Assembly: GCA_035535195.1 (NCBI GenBank)
Contig: DATLQK010000026.1
Location: forward strand, 42,408-106,407
DNA: 64,000 nt
Direction: 5' to 3'
From: Gaiellaceae bacterium
Lineage (GTDB): Bacteria; Actinomycetota; Thermoleophilia; Gaiellales; Gaiellaceae
Part shown: positions 38,331 through 51,000 of the stretch, piece after piece
How positions within the stretch are numbered: the first letter of the stretch is position 1
How the letters are laid out: each line of letters opens with the position of its first letter
Translations under genes and position numbers: made by a program
The notes under the pieces: generated by a model
What the model saw: only the letters and a program-made list of their open reading frames with translations
Databases searched by the model: none
What the model was told of the DNA's origin: nothing

Positions 38331-39251
38331 TCACCGCGGCGGCACGATCGTCACCGGCTCGCCGAACCGGGCGAGCCGCTCGACCATGAAGTGCCCGACC
38401 GAGAGCATGTCCGCGCGGACGACGCGGTCGTGGTCGTCCACCGCGAGACGGAACCAGGCCGGGAAGCGCGGCTCGTTCCGGAAGACCGAGAGGAGGCGGA
38501 CATTGCGGCCGTCGAGGCGTTCCCGCCCGAGGAACCGGGGCAGCCGCGCGCCCGCCCAGACGTAGGCCGGCGAGCGGATCGGCTCCGTCGGCACCGCCTG
38601 CCAGCGTCCGCCCGCCCAGTCCCACCGGCGGCCGCCGATCACGACGGCCTTCACCCCGGTGTTGATCCGATAGCGCATCCGGTCGGGCGCCCGAAACGCA
38701 AAACGGGTGCGAATGCTCGACGTGCCGTTCTCGAGTCGCTCGTCGACCCGCACCGTCCGGAACGCCCCCATCCGCCGCTGAACGGCTCGGTACAAGCTGG
38801 CGCCGGACGGCGGACGCCTCGCGGGCAGTGCGATCGCCACGCGGGCCGGCCGGCGGCCGCTCCGGCGGAGCTCGACCCCCACGAACGACGGGTCGCCCTG
38901 GAGCACGGGGGCGTCGGCGGCGACGCAGTTCCAGCCGCAGTCCGCCAGCGGCTCGACCGCCTGCGAGTCGACCGCGACCGCCACGTCCTCGGGCGGGAGG
39001 TCGGCCGAATCGGACGGGGCCGCGACCACCTCGAGCTTCCCGGGTGCTGCCGCCACGATCACGACCACGTCTTGGTCATGATCCGCGTAACGGACGAAGC
39101 GGGGGTTGTAGCCGGCGGGTGCCGCCGCCCGGGCGGAGGGCTCGGCAGTGCCGGAGGAAGGCCCGGTCGAGACGATCCACGCGCCGCCGGCGACCGTCAG
39201 CGTCGCGACGCACGCCGCGACGGCCCAGCCGAACCACCTGTCATTCGTCAT
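38331..39251 (-). CDS. hypothetical membrane-anchored extracytoplasmic protein
   Basis: The track ORF extends to 39467 with an Arg-rich artefact. The ATG at 39251 gives MTNDRWFGWAVAACVATLTVAGGAWIV, an N-terminal anchor. The C-terminal beta-rich domain (MRYRINTG...GRNVRLLSVF...PAWFRLAVD...MLSVGHFMV) is not assigned to a family. Confidence 0.6.
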   Translation of the reverse strand: MTNDRWFGWAVAACVATLTVAGGAWIVSTGPSSGTAEPSARAAAPAGYNPRFVRYADHDQDVVVIVAAAPGKLEVVAAPSDSADLPPEDVAVAVDSQAVEPLADCGWNCVAADAPVLQGDPSFVGVELRRSGRRPARVAIALPARRPPSGASLYRAVQRRMGAFRTVRVDERLENGTSSIRTRFAFRAPDRMRYRINTGVKAVVIGGRRWDWAGGRWQAVPTEPIRSPAYVWAGARLPRFLGRERLDGRNVRLLSVFRNEPRFPAWFRLAVDDHDRVVRADMLSVGHFMVERLARFGEPVTIVPPR

Positions 39252-39268
39252 ACCGACGACGGTAGCGA

Positions 39269-39297
39269 GGGAGCCCGCCGCCGGGCGGCGGGCTCCC
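39269..39297 (-). terminator. perfect 14-bp GC hairpin downstream of the phosphodiesterase/nucleotidase gene
   Basis: GGGAGCCCGCCGCC-G-GGCGGCGGGCTCCC, 16 nt beyond the stop at 39313. Confidence 0.5.
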
Positions 39298-39312
39298 AAG
39301 TGACTCTCGAGC

Positions 39313-42300
39313 CTAGGGGACCGGTACCGGACAGGCCGGCGCTGCCGCCGGGTTGCTGTCCGTGCACTGGATCCGGCCCTGGATCGTCGGCGCGAGCGGC
39401 GAGTTCGCCGCCACGTGGTCCGCGAGCACCTGATCCATGATGTCGAGCGTCGACATTCGAGGCGCAAAGACCGGATAGCCGTCGCCCCCGCTCGCCATGA
39501 AGTCGTTCTCGAGGATCGAGTACGGCCCGCCCGAGGCGGTCAGGTCGATCGGCGCCCCGGTGCAGGTGCCGTCGGCGGCCTGCCTCCGCGCCCCGGTCAC
39601 GCGGCTCAAGCCCGGCTGCTGCACGTCGTACGTGAAGCAGAGCCCTGAGACCTGCGGGAAGCGACCGTTCGTGGCGGGAATGAACTGGACGCCGTTCTCG
39701 AGCATCGTCTTCAGCTCGGCCCCGTTGATGCTGACCGTGACGACGATGTTCCCGAATGGCAGGACGCCCAGCACCGAGCCGCGTGTGATCGTGTACGGCG
39801 GCGGCGGCGTCGAGTACGGCGGGCAGGTGTCGCCGGTGTTGTCGACGGCGGGGCAGGTCAGGTCGGCCCTGAGGCCGCCCGAGTTCGTGATCGCGAAGTC
39901 CTTGTTGTAGGTCTTCCGCATCGCGTCCGTCGTGACGTTCCCGATCAGTGACTCGCACAGCCGTCCGTCGGAGGCCCCGCAGCTGTCACGTCGCGGGATC
40001 AGGACGCCCGACTCCCCGATCTTGACGTTGAAGAGCGGTGCCAGCAGAGCGTTGAGCTCGTCGATCCGGGCCTGAACGGCCGGATCGGGCGTCACGCCGA
40101 TATTCCACGGCTTGTGCCAGTCGGCCGTCTTGTAGACGACCTCACCGCGGTCCTCGTCGATGACCAGGCGGATCCGCGTGAAGCGAATGCCCTTGCCCCG
40201 GTTCTCGGTGACGAGCACGCCGTTCGGCCGGTACGAGAGCGCCTGGATGTCGTTGTGGTCGCCGATGACGACGTCGGTGTTCTGTACGCCGTCGGCGATG
40301 TCGATGAGCGGCCCGGTGGCCGTGTCCAGGTTCCCCGCATTCGCTCCTTCGTGGCCGAGTGCGATCACCGCGTCGGCGCCCTTCGCGGCGAGCTTCGCCG
40401 CCTCCGGGTTGATCGCGGGCAGCACGGGCTTGACCACGAACGGGCCGAGCCGGCCCGGGAAGAGCAGGAGCGGCGTATCGACCGTCGTGAAGCCGACGAT
40501 GCCGAGCTTGACGTCGCCGAACCGGAACGTCTTCGACGGCGACCACTCCGGCGGCGTCTTCCCGGACGTGCCGTCGACGACGTTCGCCGACAGGATCGGG
40601 AAGTCGGCGAGCGGGATCAACTGGTGCCGGTAGTAGTCCTCACCGCGGTCGAACGAGTGGTTGCCGACCGTGTCGACGCCGAAGCCCATCATGTTCATGA
40701 TCGGCGGCGTCACCTTGTCGCCGAACGCGTTCGAGATCGGCGGTGTCGCCCCGCCGAACGAGTCGCCGGCGGTCATGGTGAGCGAGCCGTCACGGACGTC
40801 TTTCCGGTACTCGTTGAACCACGTCGTCAGGAACGCCGCGCCGGCGATGTTGAAGGTCGGCCCCAGCGCTGTTCCCGTCGGCGTCCCGTTCGCGTTGAGG
40901 ACCACGTCGGCTGCCTCGGCGGCCGCCGGCGGGATCTGCGCGTGCCAGTCGCTGATGTCGAGGAGCGTGATCTCGCGGAGGTCGCGCGTCCGCTCGAGGA
41001 TCTTGTAGAGGATCTTGCCCCGGGCGTTCGTCGGACCCGGGATCCCGAGCATGAACGAGAGCGTCGGGGCGACATCGATCGCCCGTACGCCACGGATCGG
41101 CCAGTGGCGATGCTCGATCCCCTCGCCACCCGCGACGAACGTCCCGTGCATGTTGATGCTGTGCTCGAGATCGACGTAGTCGGGCAGGTAGCCGTGCTGG
41201 CCGAAGAACTGCGAGAACGCAATCGTCTGCCCGACGGTCGCCGCGTCGAATTGGTACGGCGGCCGTGAGACGACGACGACGTCACCGCTGCGGCTCGGGT
41301 GCAGCGCATCGGTGCCGTCGACGTTCCGCAGCTCCTCTTTCTTCATCACCTTCAGGAGCACCTGCCGTCCCGGGGTACCCGGATCGGTCAGCGCGTTCCA
41401 CTTGTTGATGACCGCCGTGCGGACGGCCTCGTAGGTGATGCCGGCCGGCAGCGTCGGGTTGACGTAGATCTGCACCGTCCCGCCCGCCCAGCAGGCCTTG
41501 GCGAGGTCGGCCGCGCCGCCCTGGGCCCGGCAGTTGCTGATCGAGTTGAAGCCGTTCACGGGATTCCCGCTCGGGTGAACCGAGACGTCCGCACCGGTGA
41601 CCGTGTTGTGCACCGTGGTCTCGAACAGCACCTTGCGGGCGTTGATCGCGAGCCACTGCGGCGCGAAGCCGTGGTCTGACGACGCCATCACGGTCGTGTC
41701 CTTCTTGCCCATCAGCTTTCGGGCGAGGCCGAGCGTGGCGTCCGCCTCTGAGTACGCGTCGCGGAGGTAGCCCTTCCTGACCGCGAGCCGGTGGTCCTTC
41801 GTGCCGTCACCGTTGACGTCGTCGAAGTACGGGTTTGGCCGCCCGTCCGGGTCGGTCGGAATGGTGAGCCCGAGGAACTGGTGGCTCACCTCGTCCGTCC
41901 CCGGGAAGCCGACGAACGCGACGTCGGGCTTGTAGTGGAGCGTGTTGAAGATGTACTTCAGGTACGCCCAGTGGGCGTCGGACCACTTTTCGCCCTGCTC
42001 GATATAGGTGTCCTCGTCGACGATCAGCGCTTCCAGCGGGGCGAAGTCGCCGGCGACCGAGGTCGGGAAGTCACGCGCGAGCGTCTCGGCGAAGGCGTCG
42101 GAGCCGGCCGGGCCGAGCGCGTTCCACATCGCGTTCACGCGCATGACCGACGTGAAGTAGATCCGGAACTTCGAGAGGTCCGGCGAGAGGTCGATCAGCT
42201 TGACGTAGAAACCGCCGGTCTTCCCGCTCAGCGAGCCGGAAACCAACGTGAGCTTCGCATCTGCCCACTGGCCCTGCTTCAACGTCGCGACCGACTTGCT

Positions 42301-43101
42301 GCCGTCCTTCGCGTCCGCGCTGTTGACGATCAGAACACGGTCGTAATCGACGTTGCCGTTGTTCGTGGTGTCGTAGATGTAGACGTCCCAGGCGCCGTTG
42401 CCCGGGATCTGCGCGTTGTTCTGCGTGAACGTCGCCTGCTTTGCCGGGCTGAACGACGTCGGCACGTTCGTCCAGCCGGCCGCAGCGGCGAGATCCTGCC
42501 GCTGGTAGGCGACATTGAAGCTATTTGCGAGCGCCGGCTGTCCCGGCAGGTCGTAGTTGAGCGCGATGCCGCGACCACCGATGAACGTGCGGAAGTCGAC
42601 GACCGGGCCCTGGATCGCCGGTACGAGCCCGCGGGCTCCGACCCATTCGATCGACACGATCTTCTTCCCCGCCCGCTCGGCGGCCTGGAGCGCCGTGTCC
42701 GCCTGCAGGATGCCGGGCGTCGAAAAGCTCGTCGTCGTGTCGAAGCCGGCGCCGGCCCGGTGGAACGTGTTGTTCGTCGAGCCGTGCTCGCCCGGCCAGG
42801 TGCCGGTGGCGAGCGTGTACCAGCCGACGCCGGTGTTCGGCGGGAAGCCCTGCTTCAGCCCGTTGCGCCCGCGGATGCCGTGCTTCATCAGGGCTCTGTA
42901 GGTCGGCATCACGCCCTGGCGGGCGTAGCGCTCCATCAGGTCCGGGCGCATGCCGTCGGAGGCGAACAGAATCGCTTTCTTCGTGAGTGGGCCGGACGGC
43001 TTGCCTTTCTTGCCGTGGCCGGCAGATGGGCCTGCAAACACCAGTACTGCGAGCGCCGCGAGCGCGAACACGGCCGCGGCAAGACCTCGGAATCTCTTCA
43101 C
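39313..43101 (-). CDS. secreted fusion protein: nucleotide pyrophosphatase/phosphodiesterase (AlkP superfamily) + metallophosphoesterase/5'-nucleotidase
   Basis: The track ORF of 1490 aa is trimmed to the GTG at 43101 (SD GGGAGAGGG), giving 1262 aa. Signal peptide [27 protein letters not shown] blocks [41 protein letters not shown]. The C-terminal half carries UshA-like blocks [34 protein letters not shown] plus a 5'-nucleotidase C-domain ([26 protein letters not shown]). Confidence 0.8.
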   Translation of the reverse strand: MKRFRGLAAAVFALAALAVLVFAGPSAGHGKKGKPSGPLTKKAILFASDGMRPDLMERYARQGVMPTYRALMKHGIRGRNGLKQGFPPNTGVGWYTLATGTWPGEHGSTNNTFHRAGAGFDTTTSFSTPGILQADTALQAAERAGKKIVSIEWVGARGLVPAIQGPVVDFRTFIGGRGIALNYDLPGQPALANSFNVAYQRQDLAAAAGWTNVPTSFSPAKQATFTQNNAQIPGNGAWDVYIYDTTNNGNVDYDRVLIVNSADAKDGSKSVATLKQGQWADAKLTLVSGSLSGKTGGFYVKLIDLSPDLSKFRIYFTSVMRVNAMWNALGPAGSDAFAETLARDFPTSVAGDFAPLEALIVDEDTYIEQGEKWSDAHWAYLKYIFNTLHYKPDVAFVGFPGTDEVSHQFLGLTIPTDPDGRPNPYFDDVNGDGTKDHRLAVRKGYLRDAYSEADATLGLARKLMGKKDTTVMASSDHGFAPQWLAINARKVLFETTVHNTVTGADVSVHPSGNPVNGFNSISNCRAQGGAADLAKACWAGGTVQIYVNPTLPAGITYEAVRTAVINKWNALTDPGTPGRQVLLKVMKKEELRNVDGTDALHPSRSGDVVVVSRPPYQFDAATVGQTIAFSQFFGQHGYLPDYVDLEHSINMHGTFVAGGEGIEHRHWPIRGVRAIDVAPTLSFMLGIPGPTNARGKILYKILERTRDLREITLLDISDWHAQIPPAAAEAADVVLNANGTPTGTALGPTFNIAGAAFLTTWFNEYRKDVRDGSLTMTAGDSFGGATPPISNAFGDKVTPPIMNMMGFGVDTVGNHSFDRGEDYYRHQLIPLADFPILSANVVDGTSGKTPPEWSPSKTFRFGDVKLGIVGFTTVDTPLLLFPGRLGPFVVKPVLPAINPEAAKLAAKGADAVIALGHEGANAGNLDTATGPLIDIADGVQNTDVVIGDHNDIQALSYRPNGVLVTENRGKGIRFTRIRLVIDEDRGEVVYKTADWHKPWNIGVTPDPAVQARIDELNALLAPLFNVKIGESGVLIPRRDSCGASDGRLCESLIGNVTTDAMRKTYNKDFAITNSGGLRADLTCPAVDNTGDTCPPYSTPPPPYTITRGSVLGVLPFGNIVVTVSINGAELKTMLENGVQFIPATNGRFPQVSGLCFTYDVQQPGLSRVTGARRQAADGTCTGAPIDLTASGGPYSILENDFMASGGDGYPVFAPRMSTLDIMDQVLADHVAANSPLAPTIQGRIQCTDSNPAAAPACPVPVP

Positions 43102-43228
43102 TTGAGCCCTCTCCCTTTCTCCCCTCGAGAACGAACGGGACGATCCTACGCCTGCCCGCGGGGAAATTGCAGTGTCTACCTGGTGACGAAGCGGGGAATG
43201 CGTCACTCGGACGAGGGAAGCGCAAAAG

Positions 43229-45559
43229 TTGAGCCGGGTGCTTCCACCGTCCGATAAGGCAACGGTGAGCCTCCTGCCTGCGGCCGCGGAGCCTTCTCCG
43301 CCTGTTCGTGCGCTCTCTGCGATCCCAGACGAGCGCGAGGAGCTCGAACGCGAGCTCGCCGAGTGCCGCCGCGCGGAGGACGACCTGCTCGACACCGTCG
43401 CGCGCCTCAGGCGCTCACAGCTCGAGCTCCAGCTGAGCCAGGCCGAGACGATCCGCCGGCTCGCCTTCGCCGCCGAGTTCCGGAACGCCGAGACCGGCAG
43501 GGACACCGAGCGGATGAGCCGGTACTGCGAGCTCCTCGCCAGCAGGCTCGAGCTCGACGAGGAGCGCTGCGAGCTGATTCGGCTCGCGAGCGGGCTCCAC
43601 GACGTCGGTAAGATCGCGATCCCCGACCGGATCCTGCTCAAGCCCGGTCGCCTGGCCGAGGCCGAGCGCCGGGTGATGGAGCGCCATGCCGAGATCGGCC
43701 ACCGGCTGCTGGCCGGCTCGTCCTCGGAGCTGCTGGAGGTCGCCGCGACGATCGCGCTGACGCACCACGAGCGCCATGACGGCACGGGCTATCCCCAGGG
43801 GCTGCCGGGTGAGACGGTGCCGCTCGAGGGTCGGATCGCCGCCGTCGCCGACGTCTTCGACGCGATCACCTCCAGCCGCGTCTACCGCGCGGCCATGCCC
43901 TTCGAGGACGCGGTCGAGGTGATGCGCGCCGGTCGCGGCACGCAGTTCGACCCGCTCGTCCTCGACCTCTTCCTGGAGGCGATCGCCGACGTGCGCGCGA
44001 TCGCGGACGGCCGCGCGCTCGACGGCGGCAGCCAAGCGCCCGAGCCGCGACAGCAGGCGGACCGCGCTCCCGCTGCCCCGCACCGGGCCCGACCCTCGCG
44101 GCCGCTCAGCGTCGACTCGATCGCCGCGGGCGTTCGCCGCGCGAAGGCCGCGCTCGGCACGGACAGCGGCCGCAAGTCGATCGACCTCGCCGTAGATGCA
44201 CTCGCCGAGTGCTTCAACGGCAGGCTGCTTGCGAGCGTCTACGTGCTCGAGCACGAGCGCCTGTGGCTCGTCTCGCAGCAGGGCTACGACGACCTTCGGG
44301 ACGGGTTCGCACTCGACCAGGGCGTGATGGCGCGCGCGGTCCGGACGGGTGAGACGCAGTTCATCGAGGATGCCGACCGCGAGCCCGACTTCATCGCCGC
44401 GGTCTCGGGGATCACCTCCGAGATCGCAGTCCCCTTCACCGTCGGCGGCGCGGTCGCCGGTGTGCTCAACCTCGAGACGAAGGGACCCGCGCTGCCGCCT
44501 GACGCGGTCGGGCTGTACGAACAGCTGGCGCCGCACGTCGCGGAGCGCGTCGAGGAGATGCGCGCGTCACTCGGACTCGACCTCGCCGGCGCGGCGCGCC
44601 TCTGCGTCCACGCAAGCTCGTTGCGGGGCGTGGCGGCGATTACCGAGTTTGCGACCCGCACCCTCGCCCGCCTGCTGGAGCTCGATTCCGCGCAGGTCAG
44701 CCTCGTCCGAGACGGCGAGGCCTACCAGCTCGCGAGCTTCTGGCGCCGCCCCGACTCGACGCTCAGGCCGCTCGAGCCCGGGGACGTGAAGCAGCTGGCG
44801 GAGATCGAGTCGCGCTCCGGCGCAGGCGCCGCGTACAGCGTTCTCGACAGCCGGTTTCCGGGCCTGGAGCAGCCCGACCAGCCCGTGCCGCCGCGCCTCG
44901 TCTGGCTGCCGCTCCGTGTCGCCGGCGGCGAGGTCGGAGCGCTCGTCGGGCGCACCGCCGCCGCGACCGAGCTCGGGCACGAGCAGGTCGAGGCGGCGAC
45001 GCTGTTCGCCCAGCACACAGCGGCGCTGATCGACGTCGCCCAAGCGCTCCGGCGCGAGCAGCGGGCGGCCGTCACGGACTCGCTGACGGGGCTCCTGAAC
45101 CGCCGCGGCCTCGAGGACCGGCTGGACGAGGAGCTCGCCCGCTGCCGGCGCAACGGCCACGAGCTATCGGTCGTGATGATCGACTGCGACGGCCTGAAGG
45201 CGGTCAACGACACAGGGGGCCACGCCCTCGGCGACGCGGTGCTGCAGCGGGTCGCGGACTGCCTCCGCCAGCACAAGCGCATGGCGGACGTCGCCTCGCG
45301 GCTCGGCGGGGACGAGTTCGTCGTCCTCCTGCCGGAGACACGCGCCGGCGACGCGCTCGGCGTCGCGGAGCGCTTCCGCCGCGAGCTTGCGGCGACCCCG
45401 TTCGCTGACGGACGCACCATCACCGCCGCCCTCGGCATCGCGGCCTTCCCGGCCGACGGCGACACCGCCGCAGCCCTGCTCCGCGTGGCCGACCGGACGC
45501 TCTACGCAGCGAAGCAGCGCGGCGGCAACCGCACGCTGACCTCAAGCGCGGCCCGCTAG
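43229..45559 (+). CDS. HD-GYP phosphodiesterase - GAF - GAF - GGDEF diguanylate cyclase multidomain protein
   Basis: 776 aa with a TTG start. HD-GYP: [12 protein letters not shown]...ERHAEIG...[15 protein letters not shown]. Two GAF-like segments. GGDEF domain with I-site spacing: [14 protein letters not shown]. Confidence 0.85.
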   Translation: MSRVLPPSDKATVSLLPAAAEPSPPVRALSAIPDEREELERELAECRRAEDDLLDTVARLRRSQLELQLSQAETIRRLAFAAEFRNAETGRDTERMSRYCELLASRLELDEERCELIRLASGLHDVGKIAIPDRILLKPGRLAEAERRVMERHAEIGHRLLAGSSSELLEVAATIALTHHERHDGTGYPQGLPGETVPLEGRIAAVADVFDAITSSRVYRAAMPFEDAVEVMRAGRGTQFDPLVLDLFLEAIADVRAIADGRALDGGSQAPEPRQQADRAPAAPHRARPSRPLSVDSIAAGVRRAKAALGTDSGRKSIDLAVDALAECFNGRLLASVYVLEHERLWLVSQQGYDDLRDGFALDQGVMARAVRTGETQFIEDADREPDFIAAVSGITSEIAVPFTVGGAVAGVLNLETKGPALPPDAVGLYEQLAPHVAERVEEMRASLGLDLAGAARLCVHASSLRGVAAITEFATRTLARLLELDSAQVSLVRDGEAYQLASFWRRPDSTLRPLEPGDVKQLAEIESRSGAGAAYSVLDSRFPGLEQPDQPVPPRLVWLPLRVAGGEVGALVGRTAAATELGHEQVEAATLFAQHTAALIDVAQALRREQRAAVTDSLTGLLNRRGLEDRLDEELARCRRNGHELSVVMIDCDGLKAVNDTGGHALGDAVLQRVADCLRQHKRMADVASRLGGDEFVVLLPETRAGDALGVAERFRRELAATPFADGRTITAALGIAAFPADGDTAAALLRVADRTLYAAKQRGGNRTLTSSAAR

Positions 45560-47562
45560 GCGGGCGCTTCCGCGGCGGCCTGGAGCTCCCGGCGGAGCTC
45601 CTTGATCTCGTCGCGCAGCTTCGCGGCGTACTCGAACCGCAGCTCCTCCGCCGCGGCGAACATCTCCTCCTCGAGCGTCACCACCAGCCGCTCCAGTTCC
45701 GCCGGCTCCATCCCCTCGGCCTTCTTCCGCGCCCGCCGACTTCCCCGCGGAACCGTCGGCGCCTCCAGCGAGAGGAACTCTGCGATGTCGGAGACGCCCT
45801 TTCGGATCGACTCGGGCGTGATGCCGTGCTCCTCGTTGTAGGCGAGCTGGACGGCGCGCCGGCGGTTCGTCTCGTCGAGCGCGCCCTTGATCGCCTCGGT
45901 CAGCTTGTCGGCGTACATCACGACCTTGCCGTTCGTGTTGCGCGCCGCCCGGCCGATCGTCTGGATCAGCGCCGTCTTGCCGCGGAGGAAGCCCTCCTTG
46001 TCGGCGTCGAGGATCGCCACGAGCGAGACCTCCGGCAGGTCGAGCCCCTCCCGGAGCAGGTTCACGCCCACGAGGACGTCGTACTCGCCGAGCCGCAGCT
46101 CGCGGATCAGCTGGATCCGGTCGAGCGTGTCGATCTCAGAGTGGAGGTACCTGGCCTTGACGCCCGACTCGAGCAGGTAGTCGGTCAGGTCCTCCGCCAT
46201 CTTCTTCGTCAGCGTTGTCACGAGCGCGCGCTCCCCCGCCTCCTCGCGCCGCCGGATCTCGTTCAGTAGGTCGTCGATCTGGTTCTTGGTCGGCCGGAGC
46301 TCGACGTCGGGGTCGACGATCCCCGTGGGCCGCACCAGCTGCTCCGCCGTCCGCGTCGAGTGCCGCAGCTCGAACGGCCCGGGCGTCGCGGAGACGAACA
46401 CCATCTGAGGCACCTTCGCCAGGAACTCGTCGAAGCGGAGCGGCCGGTTGTCGAGCGCCGACGGGAGCCGAAAACCCCAGTCGACGAGCGTCTGCTTGCG
46501 AGACCGGTCGCCCTCGTACATGCCGCCGACCTGCGGCACCGTCTGGTGCGACTCGTCGATGAAGACGACGAAATCGGACGGGAAGTAGTCGATCAGCGTG
46601 TACGGCGCCGAGCCCGGCGGCCGACCGTCGAGGATCCGCGAGTAGTTCTCGATCCCGTTGCAGAACCCGAGCTCCATCATCATCTCGACGTCGTACTCGG
46701 TGCGCTGCCGGATCCGGTGGGCCTCGAGCATCCGGCCCTCCGACTCGAACTGCTTCACCTGCTCCTCGAGCTCGCGCCGGATGCCGTCCACGGCGCGCTC
46801 GATCGTCGGCTTCGACGTCACGTACTGCGTCGCCGGGAAGATGTTCAGGTAGTCGAGCTTCCCGTAGACCTCGCCGGAGAGCGGGTCGAAGTGGGTGATC
46901 TGCTCCACCTCGTCGCCGAACATCGAGATCCGGTACGCCGACTCCTCGTAGGCCGGCTGGATCTCGATCACGTCGCCCTTGACGCGGAAGCGGCCGCGGG
47001 CGAGGAAGGCGTCGTTCCGCGTGTAGTGGATGTCGATCAGCTTCCGGAGCATCACGTCGCGATCCTGCTCCTCCCCCACCTGCAACATCACGACCCGCTT
47101 CTCGTACTCCTCCGGCGAGCCGAGGCCGTAGATCGCGGAGACCGAGGCGACGATGATCGTGTCCCGACGCGAGAGCAGCGATGAAGTCGCCGAGTGTCGC
47201 AGGCGGTCGATGTCGTCGTTCCGGGACGAGTCCTTCTCGATGTAGAGGTCGGCCTGCGGCACGTACGCCTCGGGCTGGTAGTAGTCGTAGTAGGAGACGA
47301 AGTACTCGACGGCGTTGTCGGGGAAGAACTCTCGGAACTCGTTGCAGAGCTGCGCGGCAAGCGTCTTGTTGTGGGCGATCACGAGCGTGGGCTTCTGGAC
47401 CTGCTCGATCGTCCAAGCCATCGTCGCGGTCTTGCCCGTGCCGGTGGCGCCGAGCAGCGTCTGGAAGCGCTCGCCGGCGTTCAGCCCCTCGGCGATCTCC
47501 TCGATCGCTTGCGGCTGGTCGCCGGTCGGCAGGTAGGCGTCCGATGTCTTGAAGGGGGGCAT
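45556..47562 (-). CDS. uvrB: excinuclease ABC subunit B
   Basis: From the ATG at 47562: [20 protein letters not shown]...GATGTGKT...DESH...C-terminal UVR motif [16 protein letters not shown]. The track ORF adds 22 spurious codons. Confidence 0.95.
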   Translation of the reverse strand: MPPFKTSDAYLPTGDQPQAIEEIAEGLNAGERFQTLLGATGTGKTATMAWTIEQVQKPTLVIAHNKTLAAQLCNEFREFFPDNAVEYFVSYYDYYQPEAYVPQADLYIEKDSSRNDDIDRLRHSATSSLLSRRDTIIVASVSAIYGLGSPEEYEKRVVMLQVGEEQDRDVMLRKLIDIHYTRNDAFLARGRFRVKGDVIEIQPAYEESAYRISMFGDEVEQITHFDPLSGEVYGKLDYLNIFPATQYVTSKPTIERAVDGIRRELEEQVKQFESEGRMLEAHRIRQRTEYDVEMMMELGFCNGIENYSRILDGRPPGSAPYTLIDYFPSDFVVFIDESHQTVPQVGGMYEGDRSRKQTLVDWGFRLPSALDNRPLRFDEFLAKVPQMVFVSATPGPFELRHSTRTAEQLVRPTGIVDPDVELRPTKNQIDDLLNEIRRREEAGERALVTTLTKKMAEDLTDYLLESGVKARYLHSEIDTLDRIQLIRELRLGEYDVLVGVNLLREGLDLPEVSLVAILDADKEGFLRGKTALIQTIGRAARNTNGKVVMYADKLTEAIKGALDETNRRRAVQLAYNEEHGITPESIRKGVSDIAEFLSLEAPTVPRGSRRARKKAEGMEPAELERLVVTLEEEMFAAAEELRFEYAAKLRDEIKELRRELQAAAEAPA

Positions 47563-47582
47563 TGGGGGAAAGGCTAGCTCCG

Positions 47583-48029
47583 GTGGAAGAGCAGACAGAA
47601 CGAGCACCCTACGAGGCCTACGCCGCAATCGCCGGGGCCTTCCTGGCCGGTCTCGGCGCCGTCTCGGCGCTGTCTCGGCGAGCTCCCCCCGGCACGGCGC
47701 TCGAGCTGGTCGCGCTCTCGGCGGCCACGTTCAAGGCCTCGAGGACGCTCTCGCGCGAGCGCGTGGCGAGCTTCCTCCGCGAACCGTTCGTCGAGGGCGA
47801 GGACGAGCACCCGGCCGGCCAGGGCCTCCAGCGTGCGCTCGGCGAGCTCGTCACCTGCACCCGTTGCGTCGGGACGTGGAGCGCCGCCGCGCTCGCCTCG
47901 ACCCAAATGATGGCGCCCCGCTTCGGGCGCGCGCTCACGTGGACGCTCGCGGCGGGCGCCGCCAACGACTTCCTGCAGGCCGGATTCGCGGCGCTGTGCG
48001 CGAAGGTGAACGAACTGGAGGAAGCCTGA
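47583..48029 (+). CDS. DUF1360-like membrane protein
   Basis: The track ORF starts at TTG 47562. The GTG at 47583 has GGGGGAAAGG 9 nt upstream. [14 protein letters not shown]...[17 protein letters not shown] resembles DUF1360. Confidence 0.6.
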   Translation: MEEQTERAPYEAYAAIAGAFLAGLGAVSALSRRAPPGTALELVALSAATFKASRTLSRERVASFLREPFVEGEDEHPAGQGLQRALGELVTCTRCVGTWSAAALASTQMMAPRFGRALTWTLAAGAANDFLQAGFAALCAKVNELEEA

Positions 48030-48030
48030 C

Positions 48031-51000
48031 CTAGACCGCCGGGCTCAGTTGGCCCTGACGCGCACGGGCTCTCCCCGCGGAGACGATGTTGCCCTTCTCC
48101 TCATAGAGGCGGAGAGCCTCCTCGATCAGCACGGCGGCCTCGTCCGGGCGAACCTCTGCGAGAACGGCGAGCGTGTCAGCGCGCAGATTGACGTCGTCGG
48201 TGCCCCCGGCGATCGCGACGGCCTCTCGCGCGAAACGTTCGCCTTCGCCGACGCGTCCCTGGCCGGCGAGCGCCCGCCCTCGCGTCGAGCGCCAGAGAAT
48301 CTGCGAGAGGTAGTCGTCCGGAGACGCGGTCTCCTCGCTGACGTGAGTCAACCGCTCGGCCTCCTCATGGCGGCCCTGGGCGGAGAGCGCCCTCGCCAGC
48401 CTTGCCGCGACCGAGGATCGGTGTCCGGTCTCGCCGGCTTCCGTCAGCGCTTGGAAGCTCTCGGTCAGATACCGCTCCGCGGCGGCGAGATCGCCGGCGA
48501 GCATCTCGATGATCGCGAATCCCTCGCCGGCAGATTGGACGGCTGCGAATGCGCTCCCGACTTCCTCGAACGCCGCTATGTCCTGCCCGATGAGCCTGCG
48601 GGCGGTCGTAAAATCGCCTCGCATCGCGTGTGCACGGGCGAGGAGCGTCAACAGCCGCCGGTGACCTGGTTCGGTCAACTGCTCCGCGTAGGCGAAAAGC
48701 TCATCGAGCGGGTCGGGGCCGTTCAGGAGCGTATTGCCGATCAATCCACGAGACTCGGCCTCGAGAGCCTCGTCCCCGACCGAAAGGGCCTGCGCGAGTG
48801 TCCGCTCTGCGGCGAGCCGCGCCTTAACGTGGTGGCCGCTGAACCACTGGCAGTGCGCCAGTCTCGCCCAGGCGCGCGCTCGTCCGTCCGCGTCGCCGAT
48901 TTCTTCGAAGACCCGGAGCGCCTCGCGGGCCTCCGCTTCGGCGGCTGCCACGCTGAACGCGGGGTCGACGCGCGTCCGAGCGTGGTCCCGATAGAGAACG
49001 GCGTAGCTGCGCGTTCGGCGGTCACCGGCCGCCTCCGCTCGCTCGACTGCCTCGTCGAGGAGCGCGAGCTCTCGCCGGAAGTCGCCGCACAGGCCGACAG
49101 CGCGCGCGAGATCAGGGAGCAGCCGCACCCGCTCGGGGTCGAGCTCGGCGAGGACTGCGACCGCTCGGGAGAGCAGCGCAGCCGCTCCAGGCCAGTCTGC
49201 GCGCGCGGGAGCTCGGCGACCGGCCGCGGCGAGCAAGCTCGCGGCGCGTCGTCCGAGAGCGACCCCGTGCTCGTCGCCAGGCATCAGCTCCTGCCGATAG
49301 CGGGAGGCTTGTTCCAAGTGATAGCCGACGAGCTCGTCGGGCGCGGCCGCCACCTGGTCCAGCCAGTCGGCGTAGAGCTCGTGTGCGCCGATCCGCGACT
49401 CCTTCGTCATCCCGGCATAGGCCACGTCCCGGACGAGGACGTGCTTGAAGCGGAACGCGTCCTCCGAGCCGGATCGCTCGACGAGCAGGAGCCCGCGACG
49501 GACGAGATTCAGCAACCTGGCGTCGACGCCGTTGAGCTCCTCGGGCGGCGTCAACTGAAGGATCGCCTTCCACGGGCATTCCCGGCCGACGACGGCCGCC
49601 CGTTCGAGCAACGCACGCTCCGACCGCTCGATGCGGTCGAGACGGGCGGCCAGGATCGCCTCGACGGAGGGTGGAACGCGGGTCACGGCGTCCGGTCCAA
49701 CCTCGTCGGCGAGCGCGAGGAGCTGCTCCAGGAAGAGCGGATTCCCTTCGGCGATCCGCACGATCCGCTGCCGGTCCCGACTGGGCAGCTCGGCCGGAGC
49801 GAGCTGGTCGAGCACCAGGCAAGCGGCCTCGGGCTCCAACGGCTCGAGCACGAGGCTCTGCCTGCCGGAGCCCCACCTTGGACGCTGCTCGAGGAGCTCG
49901 GGGCGGGCAAGACAGACGAGCAGCAGCGGCGCCTCCGCCGGCCAGGCGGCGAGATACTCGAGGAGATCGAGCAGGGTCGGCTCTGCCCAGTGGACGTCCT
50001 CGAGCGCCACGACCAGCGCGCCCTCCGCCGCCAGCGCCTCGAGGAAGCGGCGGACGGCCCAGAAGATCTCGCCGGTCGAGGCGGCGCCTTCGGCATCGCC
50101 CGTCAGCTGGGTGACGCGCTGTGCGATCACGGTCGCCTGTTCATCCGCGCCGAGGAGGGCGGCAATGGTCTCGGCAGGTCGAGACGGAGCTGCCTCTGCC
50201 ACGATCTCGGCCAGCGGCAGGAACGTCGCACCGTCGCCGTACGCGGCGCACCTTCCGGTCAAGGCCCGTTCGTCCCCGCCGAGCGAGGCGAAGAGCTCGG
50301 ACAGGAGCCGCGTCTTCCCTACGCCTGGGTCGCCCACCACGGTCACGACCCGGCTCCGACGTTCCGCCCGTACGCCGGCAACGGCGGCACGCAGGAAGGC
50401 CAGCTCGTCCTCTCGACCGACGAACGAAGCGTGTCCGAGCGGCCGTGGAACGGTGCCAACCTCGAGCAGGCGGAACGCCTTAGCGTGCCCAAGGGCGCCG
50501 CCGAGGTCCACCCCCTCGATTGCCTCGGCATCGACGGCATACGAGACGAGCCGGTGCGTCGCCTCTCCGAGCAGGATCTCGCCCGGCATGGCCGCCTCCT
50601 CGAGCCGGACGGCGACATTGACGGCCGTGCCGGTCGCATAGGAGCCCTGTGAAGCGGGATCCGCGGCCAGCACCTCGCCCGTGTTGACCCCGACCCGGAT
50701 CTGGAGGAAGGCTGCGGGCTGCTCGCCGTTCACGGCGTCGATCGCATCCCGGAGCTCTCTCGCCGCACGAACGGCCCGGAGCGCATCGTCCTCGTGCACC
50801 GACGGGATGCCGAACGCGGCCATCACCGCGTCCCCGATGAACTTCTCGACGGTGCCCCCGTGCCGCTCGATCACGCGCTGCGCCACCTCGAAGTAGCGGA
50901 GCATGAGGGTGCGGAGCACCTCCGGATCGAGCGACCCTCCGAGCGCGGTCGAATCGACGACGTCGGCGAAGAGGACCGTCACGGTCTTCCGCCGGTCCTC

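Noticed and set aside
43102-43785. The N-terminal 228 codons of the 1490-aa track ORF (39313..43785), and similarly the upstream extension of 25817..27151.
   Set aside because: The extensions are Ser/Arg/Ala-rich and motif-free, and they overlap genuine genes on the other strand or in the other frame. Internal GTG starts with an SD and a signal peptide (43101), or with the family N-terminus (26449), fit better.
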